Shown: positions 10,602 to 19,359 of the stretch, in pieces
Numbering within the stretch: position 1 is the first letter of the stretch
How the letters are laid out: every line of letters begins with the position of its first letter
Origin: Dehalococcoidia bacterium
GTDB lineage: Bacteria > Chloroflexota > Dehalococcoidia > Lucifugimonadales > Australimonadaceae
Assembly (NCBI GenBank): GCA_965248495.1
Contig: CBDFJL010000003.1
Coordinates: 1,343,966 to 1,407,965 of the forward strand
Direction of reading: 5' to 3'
Length of the DNA stretch: 64,000 bases
Program-made: the position numbers and the translations under genes
Notes under the pieces: model-generated
What the model was told of the DNA's origin: nothing
What the model saw: the letters and a program-made list of their open reading frames with translations, nothing else
Database searches by the model: none

Positions 10602-10608
10602 GCAACTC

Positions 10609-11157
10609 CTACCTGAGCGAGCAGCCGGAATCGTCCAAGACGTTGTCTAGGCCAAACTGCCGTCTCGGCGTCCTGTAGACAGTTCGTGTTCTGAGGTCCA
10701 CCGCAAACCAGAGCCACGCTTTGCCTGTCTCAGGCAGGCCCGTGACTGGGTCCGGTTCCACAGGAACAACATAGGTCACATCCCAGCAATCCGCGCCGCC
10801 TAGGATGCTCTCCCGATACTCCCGCTCCAAATTGCGAGTTCTCAAAGCCAGGTCTAACTCACGGCCATACCAAAGTGAGTCGACCTGGAGGACTACACGA
10901 GGTGGTTGTCGGCTTCCAAACGGGCTGTCGAGGTACGCCTTCCTGACGAGTGCGGCCTCATCGGTCGGAACCTCCGAATAGAGAAAGGTTTCGACGATGT
11001 CGTAGAGCACGGAGGGTTCTTCCAGAGCGATGGGAGTCGGTGTCGGCGTTGGCCCTGAAAACACACAGGCGACCGAAACCCACGCTAGGAGTGCAAGCGC
11101 CATGATGCGGCCAACCCCAGCCGATCTCCCTTCCATCCGTCTCCTCCCCCGGCCCAA
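10609..11157 (-). CDS. hypothetical secreted protein or lipoprotein, low-G+C ORF
   Basis: Signal-peptide-like MALALLAWVSVACVFSGPTPTPTP (probable start ATG 11103). No family recognised. My hand count is 58/100 G+C for 10609-10708 versus 44/60 for 10441-10500. Confidence 0.5.
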   Translation of the reverse strand: MGRGRRRMEGRSAGVGRIMALALLAWVSVACVFSGPTPTPTPIALEEPSVLYDIVETFLYSEVPTDEAALVRKAYLDSPFGSRQPPRVVLQVDSLWYGRELDLALRTRNLEREYRESILGGADCWDVTYVVPVEPDPVTGLPETGKAWLWFAVDLRTRTVYRTPRRQFGLDNVLDDSGCSLR

Positions 11158-11159
11158 TC

Positions 11160-11999
11160 TCAGCCCAGCCCCAAGAACGGCGCCAGCGCCTCCACGAAGG
11201 CGTCGGCGTTATCCACCGGCACGATGTGCGCTGCCTTGGGCACGTCCAATGACTCGAGGCGCGGGTTGGCCGCCCGCATGCGGTCCAAAATCGCATCCGA
11301 TACGAAGTGGCTGTCGCGTCCGCGCACCTCGAGGACCGGGCAGGCGATGGCCTCATAGGCAGCCCAGAGCTGCGCCGTCTGGTCGGGTGCCGGCACGGAC
11401 CGATCGAACAGCGCGGGGTCCAGGCGCCAAACCCACGTTCCGCCGTCGCGTTGCTCGAGCTTGTTGGCGAGGTCGGCCCGAATGGCTGATTCAGGCCCCG
11501 AAAACCACACGCCCTCGCGGGACCATGCCACGGCTTCGTCGAAGCCGCCGAACGTCATTGGCCGCGGCGGGCGGCTGGTCCGCTGCGCCTCCGCGCCGGG
11601 GCCCGTCTCGGGACCGATGTCAACGAGAGCGAGACGCTCCAAGCGGTCGGGGTGCGCGGCCGCATACAGCATGGCGACGATGCCGCCCAGCGACTGGCCG
11701 ACGATGGTGAGCATGCCGGTGTCCATGGCATCGATGAACGCGGAGAAGTCGGCCAGGTAGCGGTCGTAGCCGTAGCCGTCCGCGGCCCACGCGCTGCCGC
11801 CATGCCCCCGGAAGTCGAGCGCGAGGACGTGGTAGCGCGACGCCGCGGCCTCCGCCAGCCGGTCGAATACGTGGGCCTGTTCAGTGAACCCATGCAGACA
11901 GACCAGGGCGGGCGCGTCGGTCGCCCCGGCCTCCAAGTAGTGGAGACGCAGGCCGTTTGCATCGACGTGGCGATCGGCGAGTGTCGAAGAGTCGGGCAT
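11160..11999 (-). CDS. alpha/beta-fold hydrolase
   Basis: 279 aa. HGF oxyanion region, GQSLGG nucleophile elbow, C-terminal H (AAHIVP). Confidence 0.8.
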   Translation of the reverse strand: MPDSSTLADRHVDANGLRLHYLEAGATDAPALVCLHGFTEQAHVFDRLAEAAASRYHVLALDFRGHGGSAWAADGYGYDRYLADFSAFIDAMDTGMLTIVGQSLGGIVAMLYAAAHPDRLERLALVDIGPETGPGAEAQRTSRPPRPMTFGGFDEAVAWSREGVWFSGPESAIRADLANKLEQRDGGTWVWRLDPALFDRSVPAPDQTAQLWAAYEAIACPVLEVRGRDSHFVSDAILDRMRAANPRLESLDVPKAAHIVPVDNADAFVEALAPFLGLG

Positions 12000-12151
12000 T
12001 GGTCGCGGGCCTCGGATGGGGTAGCGGCGAGGCTAGCGCCGGTGCGGGAGGGCGTCAACTCGGATGGGTGGCGCGCGGTTGGCCGGGTGCGTGGGTGCGC
12101 GAAACCGGGTACGGTCTCGGCTGCGAGGCGTACGCCTCAGGAGCGCTGACC

Positions 12152-13615
12152 TTGCTTACGACGAACCTCCTTGGCGAGCTTGAGAAGGCCGTTGGCCCGG
12201 GTGCCGTCCTCACGGATAACGACACCCTGGAGCGGCTGTCCTTCGACGCCATTGGCCGCAGCCGGTTCAGTGGGCGGGAAAGCCTCGCCGATTCGCGTGT
12301 GGAGGCCGTCGTCCGGCCGGAGACGACCGCGCAGGTCGCCGCCGTCGTTCGCGCGGCCTCGGCAGCCGGTGTGGCTGTCATCCCGTACGGCGGCGGCACC
12401 GGCGTCATGGGTGCCGTCGTTCCCCTCCAGAGTGGCGTGGCCATCGACCTGCGCCGCATGGACCGGATCGTCGAAATCTCGGTTGCCGATCGGCTTGTGC
12501 GAGCGCAGCCCGGCGTCATCTTGGCCGATCTGGACGCGGGCGCACGGCGGGAGGGACTCATCCTTGGCCACGACCCCTGGAGCCTGCCCATCGCCACGGT
12601 CGGCGGTGCCATCTCCACCGATAGCGTCGGCTACCTCGCCAGCAGGTACGGCTCCATGGGGCAGCAGGTGCGCGCCGTCGAGGTGGTGCTGGGCGATGGT
12701 GAGATCGTCCGCACCCGGCCGCTCGCCAGGCAGAGCAGCGGCCCCCAGCTCGTCGGCACCGTCGTCGGCTCCGAAGGCAGCATGGGCATCGTGACGGAAG
12801 CGACCATCGAGCTTTTCCCTACGCCGGAGGCCCGAGTCTTCTCCACCTTCGGCTTCGCGTCCTTCAAACAGGGCTACCCGCTCGTCGTCCGGCTGTTCGA
12901 CATCGGCTTGCGGCCCGCGTTGGTGGACCTTACCGAGGAGGAGCCGCACGACCTTGCGCAGGGGTTTCGTTGCCTCCTGTACTTGGGTTTCGAGGGGTAC
13001 CGGGAAGGGGTCGCGGCGCAACAGTCGCGGACGGTGGCCGAGGCGCTGGCCTCCGGTGGCACGGACCTTGGCCCCGCGGCGACCGAGCGCTACTGGCATA
13101 CCCGCCACGAGGTCGCGGAGCGCTGGCGGGAGCGCACCGGGCCCTTGCTGCCGACGGAGCGCTGGGCCCGTAGCGATTGGCGGGGTGCGGATTACCTGCA
13201 CGTCTCGCTCCCCGTGAGGCGCGTCCTCGACTATAAGCGTCACGCCGATGCAATTACCGCGGCGCACGGCATCGAGATGGCCGAGACCGCCGTATGGACC
13301 GACCCACGCCTGTTCTCGATGCTCATCGTCGACCCTGAGTTGCGCTCAGCCGGGCAGGGCCCTCCTCCCGTTCGTCCCGAGGCACTCGAAGCGTGCCCTG
13401 AGCGAAGCCGCAGGGGGCGGCTGGCAGCCGCGGCCGACGAGCTGCTGGACCTGGCGCTGAGCATGGATGGCGGCGTCGAGTACTGCCACGGCATCGGCAT
13501 CAAGCTTGAGCGGTGGATGCCGCGGGAGTGGGGCGGAGCACTGGCGCTGGCGCGCAGGCTCAAGGGCGCCGTCGACCCCGCCTCGACCCTCAACCCCGGC
13601 AAGCTGGGGCTGTAG
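12152..13615 (+). CDS. FAD-linked oxidase (GlcD / alkyl-DHAP-synthase-like)
   Basis: FAD-binding PYGGGTGVMGA motif. C-terminal oxidase domain (EYCHGIGIKLERWM). Likely TTG start at 12152, 8 nt after AGGAG. The ORF-track start at 11957 overlaps the divergent hydrolase. Confidence 0.75.
   Translation: MLTTNLLGELEKAVGPGAVLTDNDTLERLSFDAIGRSRFSGRESLADSRVEAVVRPETTAQVAAVVRAASAAGVAVIPYGGGTGVMGAVVPLQSGVAIDLRRMDRIVEISVADRLVRAQPGVILADLDAGARREGLILGHDPWSLPIATVGGAISTDSVGYLASRYGSMGQQVRAVEVVLGDGEIVRTRPLARQSSGPQLVGTVVGSEGSMGIVTEATIELFPTPEARVFSTFGFASFKQGYPLVVRLFDIGLRPALVDLTEEEPHDLAQGFRCLLYLGFEGYREGVAAQQSRTVAEALASGGTDLGPAATERYWHTRHEVAERWRERTGPLLPTERWARSDWRGADYLHVSLPVRRVLDYKRHADAITAAHGIEMAETAVWTDPRLFSMLIVDPELRSAGQGPPPVRPEALEACPERSRRGRLAAAADELLDLALSMDGGVEYCHGIGIKLERWMPREWGGALALARRLKGAVDPASTLNPGKLGL
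13333..13415 (+). repeat. short dispersed hairpin-motif copies lying inside the FAD-oxidase CDS
   Basis: CCCTGAGttgcgCTCAGccgggCAGGG, then TCCCGAGGCACTCGAAG, then CCTGAGCGAAGCCGCAGGG (13397-13415). The last core recurs on the other strand at 60466-60484. Confidence 0.4.
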
Positions 13616-13758
13616 GCATTACGTCCGCCTACAGCGCAGCGTGGCCGGCGCCCCGCCGACGCTGAGCATCGCCGCCGCCGCGCCGTTCGAGCCGAGGATG
13701 GCGAATGCCATCAAGAACCGAGCTTGACACGGCGGTAAGTCAGGACTTACAGTAAGCC

Positions 13759-14070
13759 ATGGCTTACGCAGAAGTATTCACAGCCCTGGCAGACCCAACC
13801 CGCCGGCGCATATTCGAGGCGTTGCGCGAGCAGCCCAAGACCGTGGGTGAATTGGCGGAAGGCCAGCCGGTGAGCAGGCCTGCCGTGTCACAACACCTGA
13901 GGGTGCTCGAGTCCGCGGGGTTGGTGAGTGTTGAGCCGCAAGGTAATCGCCGCTTGTACCTCATCAAGCGCGATGGGTTGGATGATCTGCGGCGTTACCT
14001 GGAAAACTTCTGGTCAGATGCCTTGTCTGCCTATGGCGCTGAGATTACGCGACGTATGAAAAACGAATAG
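13759..14070 (+). CDS. ArsR/SmtB-family transcriptional regulator
   Basis: Winged HTH: ALADPTRRRIFEAL...VGELAEGQPVSRPAVSQHLRVLESAGLV. Confidence 0.85.
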   Translation: MAYAEVFTALADPTRRRIFEALREQPKTVGELAEGQPVSRPAVSQHLRVLESAGLVSVEPQGNRRLYLIKRDGLDDLRRYLENFWSDALSAYGAEITRRMKNE

Positions 14071-14080
14071 GAGAGACACA

Positions 14081-14542
14081 TTGCTCGATCCAATTGTCAG
14101 AACCATTGAGGTGCCTTGCAGCCAAGAGAAGGCATTCGGGGTCTTCGTGAACGAGATGGACAGCTGGTGGCCGCTGGAGAAGTTCTCGGTATCGGCGATG
14201 TATGGAGGGACCACCAAGTCGTTGCGCGTTGACCCGAAACAGGGCGGCAAGATAGTGGAGACGGCCCACGACGACACCGAGCATCTGTGGGGGACGATCA
14301 AGTCATACGACCCGTATGGCTCGTTCAGCATGGACTTTCACATTGCGAAACCCGAACAGCACACTGGATTCACCCTCATCGAAGTGCTGTTTACGGCTCT
14401 TGGCGATGAACGAACACGAGTCGAACTTACCCAGAGCAATTGGGAAGCCCTTGGCGAGTGGGCTGAGATGGTGCAAGGCGGCTACGGCATGGCCTGGGCC
14501 CCGATTTTCGAGCAGGCATACAAATCGGCTTGCGCCGCCTGA
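14081..14542 (+). CDS. SRPBCC/AHSA1 (START-like) domain protein
   Basis: 153 aa. Pattern typical of Aha1-like SRPBCC proteins, which commonly follow ArsR regulators. TTG start. Lower G+C (32/60 for 14101-14160). Confidence 0.65.
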   Translation: MLDPIVRTIEVPCSQEKAFGVFVNEMDSWWPLEKFSVSAMYGGTTKSLRVDPKQGGKIVETAHDDTEHLWGTIKSYDPYGSFSMDFHIAKPEQHTGFTLIEVLFTALGDERTRVELTQSNWEALGEWAEMVQGGYGMAWAPIFEQAYKSACAA

Positions 14543-14766
14543 TCGGTGACGCCATATGAAGGGCGCCGGGCCTGGGCTCGGCGTGCCCTTCGCTACGACG
14601 TTCGTATCGGGGTCTCCGAAGCGATCGGCGTGATGGTACGCATCCACGCAGGCGCCTCGTGCCCTCGGGCCGAGGCGTAGCGGACGCCGGCACGCGGATG
14701 ATCGAGTTGGGCGAGCGGAGCGCGTTGCCGTTCGCGCCTCTGGGCGCCGACCGCGATGGGCGGTGC

Positions 14767-14982
14767 TTAGCTGACCTTGATGTTGACGATGGCGAGGACG
14801 ACGAAGGCGACGGCCAGGACGATGGTGAACTGAAAGAGGGTTTTCTCTACGCCGCGCCGGGTGCGGAACGTCGACCCGGCGGCACCGAAGAGGCCCCCTC
14901 CCTGTCCCGGCGCCTGGAGCAGCACGCTGGCGACCAACAGAGCGACGACGATGATGACCGCGAAGTTGATGAACGTATCCAT
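14767..14982 (-). CDS. secG: preprotein translocase subunit SecG
   Basis: 71 aa. Two TM helices with a central G-rich loop (LLQAPGQGGGLFGAAGS). Confidence 0.8.
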   Translation of the reverse strand: MDTFINFAVIIVVALLVASVLLQAPGQGGGLFGAAGSTFRTRRGVEKTLFQFTIVLAVAFVVLAIVNIKVS

Positions 14983-15065
14983 GTGCTAGTCCTTCAGTCC
15001 TAATTGCCGGCGCGTTGGTGCGCCTTGCCGCCTACCGTCCGCCTCATGCATCCGCGATAGCGCGG

Positions 15066-16538
15066 TCAGCGCTTCGATTCGAGCTCCCGCGCCACCATCT
15101 CGGCCACGACGGACGGGTTCGCCTTGCCCTGGGTGATGCGCATGACCTGGCCCACCAGGAACTTCTGCGCACTGTCCTTCCCGCCGTGAAAGTCCTCGAC
15201 AGCCCTCGGGTTCTGGGCGATCGCCTCGGCCACCGCGTCGGCCAGCTCGGAGCTGTCGCTGACCTGCGCCAACCCCAGCTCCTCGACGACTTCGCGAGCG
15301 CCGGCGCCAGTGCGGTACATGGCGCCGAGCGCCTGCTTCGCCTGGGCAGAGCCGAGCGTTCCGTCCTGGATGAGGCGGACCAGGTCGGCCATGTCGCCGG
15401 GCTTGACCGGCTGCTCCAGGATGTCCATATTGTCCTCGTTCAGGTGCCCGGCCAGCTCCGTCGTGGTCCAGTTGGCGACCGCCTTGGCCGCGCCGTTGCT
15501 GACGCCGGGGAAGGACGCCATGGTGTCCTCGAAGAACCGCGCGGTGTTCGGCGTCGCCGTGAGCTGGGCAGCGTCGTAGGCGGAAAGCCCGTACTGGCGC
15601 GCGTACCGCGCCTGCTTTTCGTCGGGCAGCTCAGGCAGCAGCTCGGCGATCTCGGCGATCCACTTGCGCTCGATGTTCAATGGAGGAAGGTCGGGCTCCG
15701 GGAAGTAGCGGTAGTCGTTCGCCTCCTCCTTGGAGCGGTGCGAGACCGTCACGCCGCGCTCCTCGACCCACCCTCGGGTCTCCTGGGGGATGCGCTCGCC
15801 CTTCTCGGCCAGCGCAGTCTGGCGCTCGACCTCATAGAGGAGTGCCCGATACACCGCGCGAAAGCTGTTCATGTTCTTGACCTCGACCTTGGGGCCGAGC
15901 TCGGTGGTGCCCCTCGGGCGGATGCTGACGTTCGCGTCGCAACGGAACGCGCCCTCCTCCATCTGGGCGGTGGATACGCCGAGGTACTGGAGGATGGCGT
16001 GCAGGCTCAGCAGGTACTGGCGTGCCTCCTCGGCCGAGCGCATGTCGGGCTGGCTCACCGTCTCCATAAGCGGTACGCCGGCCCGGTTCACGTCAATCAG
16101 GCTGTAGGTCTCGCCGGTAACCGGGTCTGAGCTGTGCTGGAGCTTCGCGACGTCCTCCTCGAGGTGTACGCGTTCGATCGCGATGCGCTTCGGGCCATCG
16201 TCGGTGACGACCTCGATGTAGCCGCCCCGGCACAGCGGAAGATCGTACTGCGATATCTGATACCCCTTCATGAGGTCGGGGTAAGGGTAGTTCTTGCGGT
16301 CGAACTTCGTGTGCTCGGCGATCTCGCCGTGCAGCGCGAGCCCGGTCATGATGACGGCGCGCACCGCCTCGCGGTTGATGACCGGCAGCGTCCCGGGCAA
16401 GCCGAGGCACACCGGGCAGACGTGGCTGTTGGGTGGGGCCTGTTGGTAGTCGGCGGGGCAGGTGCAGAACATCTTGCTGCGCGTCAGCAATTGGGCATGC
16501 ACCTCAAGCCCGATGACGGTCTCGTACTTGGTGATCAC
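15066..16538 (-). CDS. gatB: Asp/Glu-tRNA amidotransferase subunit B
   Basis: [14 protein letters not shown]-terminus and a C-terminal GatB/YqeY domain. GTG 16538 gives the usual short N-terminus (the ORF track starts at 16586). Confidence 0.9.
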   Translation of the reverse strand: MITKYETVIGLEVHAQLLTRSKMFCTCPADYQQAPPNSHVCPVCLGLPGTLPVINREAVRAVIMTGLALHGEIAEHTKFDRKNYPYPDLMKGYQISQYDLPLCRGGYIEVVTDDGPKRIAIERVHLEEDVAKLQHSSDPVTGETYSLIDVNRAGVPLMETVSQPDMRSAEEARQYLLSLHAILQYLGVSTAQMEEGAFRCDANVSIRPRGTTELGPKVEVKNMNSFRAVYRALLYEVERQTALAEKGERIPQETRGWVEERGVTVSHRSKEEANDYRYFPEPDLPPLNIERKWIAEIAELLPELPDEKQARYARQYGLSAYDAAQLTATPNTARFFEDTMASFPGVSNGAAKAVANWTTTELAGHLNEDNMDILEQPVKPGDMADLVRLIQDGTLGSAQAKQALGAMYRTGAGAREVVEELGLAQVSDSSELADAVAEAIAQNPRAVEDFHGGKDSAQKFLVGQVMRITQGKANPSVVAEMVARELESKR

Positions 16539-16544
16539 GCCTCG

Positions 16545-16574
16545 ATTATACGGGGGAGCAGGCGCGCCTGTCCT
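16545..16574 (-). promoter_or_regulatory. candidate promoter giving a leaderless gatB mRNA
   Basis: On the minus strand: AGGACA (16574-16569), an 18-nt spacer, TATAAT (16550-16545), then 6 nt before GTG 16538. Confidence 0.35.
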
Positions 16575-16839
16575 TTCACAGATCACAGACCGCGCAGCGG
16601 GGCCCTTTCGGCCGCCTTAGGCGGGCTCGAGACAGGCTCTGTGGGTGGGACACATTACGCTCGGGTCCAGCCCAGCGTGTCGTGAGCCGCTCGTTGGTCG
16701 TCGGGTGGCTGCGGCCGGTGACCCGGCCACCGTTCAGGAGGTTGTTCCCGCCAACCCGCCCTGCACGTCGACCGGGAAGGTGTGCGGACGGCCCGCCCGT
16801 CCCGTTACGTCGACTGCTTGGACCGGGCATAGGCCGGGG

Positions 16840-16945
16840 TGGCGTCGCGGCGGACGAAAAGTGGTGCGGTGGGCTAGCGCTGGCGTCGCGGCGGACGAAA
16901 AGTGGTGCGGTGGGCCAGCGCTGGCCTCGCGGCGAACACAAAACA
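16840..16945. repeat. 41-bp tandem repeat, ~2.5 copies
   Basis: TGGCGTCGCGGCGGACGAAAAGTGGTGCGGTGGGC(T/C)AGCGC at 16840-16880 and 16881-16921 (1 mismatch). A degenerate partial third copy begins at 16922. Confidence 0.85.
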
Positions 16946-16979
16946 ACGGCCTTGGCGCCGGGTAGGGGACGCCAAGGCC
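16935..16979 (-). terminator. intrinsic-terminator-like hairpin oriented on the minus strand
   Basis: 10-bp stem GGCCTTGGCG/CGCCAAGGCC (16948-16979). On the minus strand it is followed by GUUGUUUUGUGUU (plus strand 16935-16947). Confidence 0.4.
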
Positions 16980-17143
16980 GCTGGACCTCTCCAGTCAATA
17001 CCGATTAAACAGGCCCCTCTACCGCCTGTCAACTCCGTGTTGACCGGGAGCCCGCAGCCATGCGGCTGCTGTAATGTCGGCCCACCTCCGGCCACGAGCG
17101 AACCACACGCCGCCTCAACCAGCCGCTTTGGGAGGATTTTCGA

Positions 17144-17173
17144 TTGACGCCCCTGTGAGGGGGCGCCTATACT
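17144..17173 (+). promoter_or_regulatory. sigma70-like promoter upstream of tRNA-Thr(UGU)
   Basis: TTGACG (17144-17149), an 18-nt spacer, TATACT (17168-17173). Confidence 0.5.
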
Positions 17174-17179
17174 TCGCTT

Positions 17180-17204
17180 GACGGCCTGCGGGCCGTCGTT
17201 TTTG
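17180..17204 (+). other. hairpin plus U-tract immediately after the predicted start site
   Basis: GACGGCC-tgcg-GGCCGTC followed by GTTTTTG. It overlaps a second TTGACG (17178-17183). Confidence 0.4.
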
Positions 17205-17253
17205 TGTACGCGAATCGCCGGCAGAGCGGGCAGCGGCGGCAAGCGGCCGTGAG

Positions 17254-17325
17254 GCCCGAGTGGCGCAACGGCAGCGCAGCCGATTTGTAATTGGCAGGTT
17301 GTGGGTTCGACTCCCTCCTCGGGCT
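17254..17325 (+). tRNA. tRNA-Thr (anticodon UGU)
   Basis: Hand-folded cloverleaf. Acceptor GCCCGAG/CTCGGGC, D stem GCGC/GCGC, anticodon stem GCCGA/TTGGC with loop TTTGTAA, T loop TTCGACT. One U-U mismatch in the T stem. No encoded CCA. Confidence 0.8.
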
Positions 17326-17384
17326 CCGACGGTCCGCAAACCAGCGGTTCGCGGCTTGACTGAGAAAAGGGCGGGAACAAGGCG

Positions 17385-17413
17385 TTGGCGCGGTGGAGAC
17401 GCCGTGCTAGACT
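17385..17413 (+). promoter_or_regulatory. candidate promoter for tRNA-Tyr
   Basis: TTGGCG, a 17-nt spacer, TAGACT. Located 15 nt upstream of the tRNA 5' end. Confidence 0.35.
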
Positions 17414-17428
17414 ACCTTGGGTCCCCGT

Positions 17429-17515
17429 GGAGGGATGGGAGAGTGGCTAAATCCATCAGACTGTAAATCTGACGCCCGATGGGCTACGTAGGTTCGAATC
17501 CTACTCCCTCCACCA
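17429..17515 (+). tRNA. tRNA-Tyr (anticodon GUA), class II, CCA encoded
   Basis: Acceptor GGAGGGA/TCCCTCC, anticodon loop CTGTAAA, long variable arm, T loop TTCGAAT, 3' ACCA. Confidence 0.9.
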
Positions 17516-17565
17516 CTCGGAGCCCGCCCACCAAACGGGGCTTGCGGAGTGGGTCGGATAGACGA

Positions 17566-17641
17566 GCCCACATAGCTCAGCAGGTAGAGCACGTTCTTGG
17601 TAAGAACGAGGTCATCGGTTCAAGTCCGATTGTGGGCTCCA
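17566..17641 (+). tRNA. tRNA-Thr (anticodon GGU), CCA encoded
   Basis: Acceptor GCCCACA/TGTGGGC, D arm GCTC-AGCAGGTA-GAGC, anticodon loop TTGGTAA, T loop TTCAAGT. Confidence 0.9.
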
Positions 17642-17722
17642 CTTTAGGACGAGGACGCGAGAAGTAGGCCGTGGCCCCAATGACAATGGGGTTAACGAGC
17701 GCAGCATCGGAAAGGCAACGCA

Positions 17723-18922
<1,200 letters not shown>

Positions 18923-18931
18923 GGAGGCCGC

Positions 18932-19102
18932 GTGGCCAAGAAGCGAGGCGGCGTCCGCCAGTTGATCAATCTGGCCTGTGGCGAGTGCCGCGAGCGGACC
19001 TACTGGACGGAAAAGAACCGGCGGAACGATCCCAACCGGGTCGAGTTGACCAAGTTCTGCCCGCGCTGCCGTCGGCACACCGCTCACAGGGAGGTTCGCT
19101 AG
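18932..19102 (+). CDS. rpmG: 50S ribosomal protein L33 (zinc-ribbon form)
   Basis: A 56-codon ORF absent from the track (<60 aa). GTG start 5 nt after [63 protein letters not shown]. Canonical position between tuf and secE. Confidence 0.85.
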   Translation: MAKKRGGVRQLINLACGECRERTYWTEKNRRNDPNRVELTKFCPRCRRHTAHREVR

Positions 19103-19342
19103 GTGGCGAGCCGCAGCAATCCACTACGGGCGGTGCTCGACGAGGGCCCCGGCAACCGTCGGCGTGGGCTCTTTGCCTTCGTCGGCGATATCTACACGGA
19201 GCTGACGCGCGTCACGTGGCCTTCGCGAGAGACGGCGTTCCGGCTCACGCTGCTGGTCTTGGCCGTCAGCATCGCGGCCTCGATCTTTCTGGGGTTGTGG
19301 GACTTCGGCTTCACCACCTTGGTCGACAAACTGCTGATCTGA
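19103..19342 (+). CDS. secE: preprotein translocase subunit SecE
   Basis: 79 aa. ELTRVTWPSRE motif followed by a single C-terminal TM helix. Position between rpmG and nusG. Confidence 0.85.
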   Translation: MASRSNPLRAVLDEGPGNRRRGLFAFVGDIYTELTRVTWPSRETAFRLTLLVLAVSIAASIFLGLWDFGFTTLVDKLLI

Positions 19343-19359
19343 TTCTGCTAACTAATCAA

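Noticed and set aside
8452-10605. A 717-aa minus-strand ORF antisense to ispF and cysS. Similar long antisense or alternate-frame ORFs occur at 1505-2503, 3462-5135, 27019-28734, 48855-50438 and 62440-63774.
   Set aside because: Each lies opposite or out of frame to a gene with unmistakable family motifs. Their translations are Arg/Ala/Gly/Pro-rich low-complexity sequence, as expected from stop-codon depletion in ~70% G+C DNA.
11957-12151. An upstream extension of the FAD oxidase overlapping the divergent hydrolase start.
   Set aside because: The extension is Gly/Arg/Trp-rich with no homology pattern. A TTG with a good Shine-Dalgarno at 12152 precedes the conserved N-terminus.
16840-16945. 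The 41-bp repeats as a possible CRISPR array.
   Set aside because: The copies are directly tandem with no spacers. There are only ~2.5 units and no cas genes in the window.
16587-17253. Identity of the non-coding region as RNase P RNA, tmRNA, SRP RNA, a T-box leader or a cobalamin riboswitch.
   Set aside because: I scanned both strands by eye for hallmark strings (GAGGAAAGUCC / ACAGAA..GGCUUA, the tmRNA tRNA-like ends, GGAAGCAGCC, the T-box GGUGGUACCGCG, the B12 box) and found none. The gatB promoter abuts its start codon, so the region is not its leader. This is a weak negative without a covariance-model search.
16874-17380. A 168-aa ORF and neighbouring small ORFs (17260-17466, 17407-17592, 17479-17667).
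   Set aside because: They overlap the three tRNA genes and have no ribosome-binding sites or recognisable domains.
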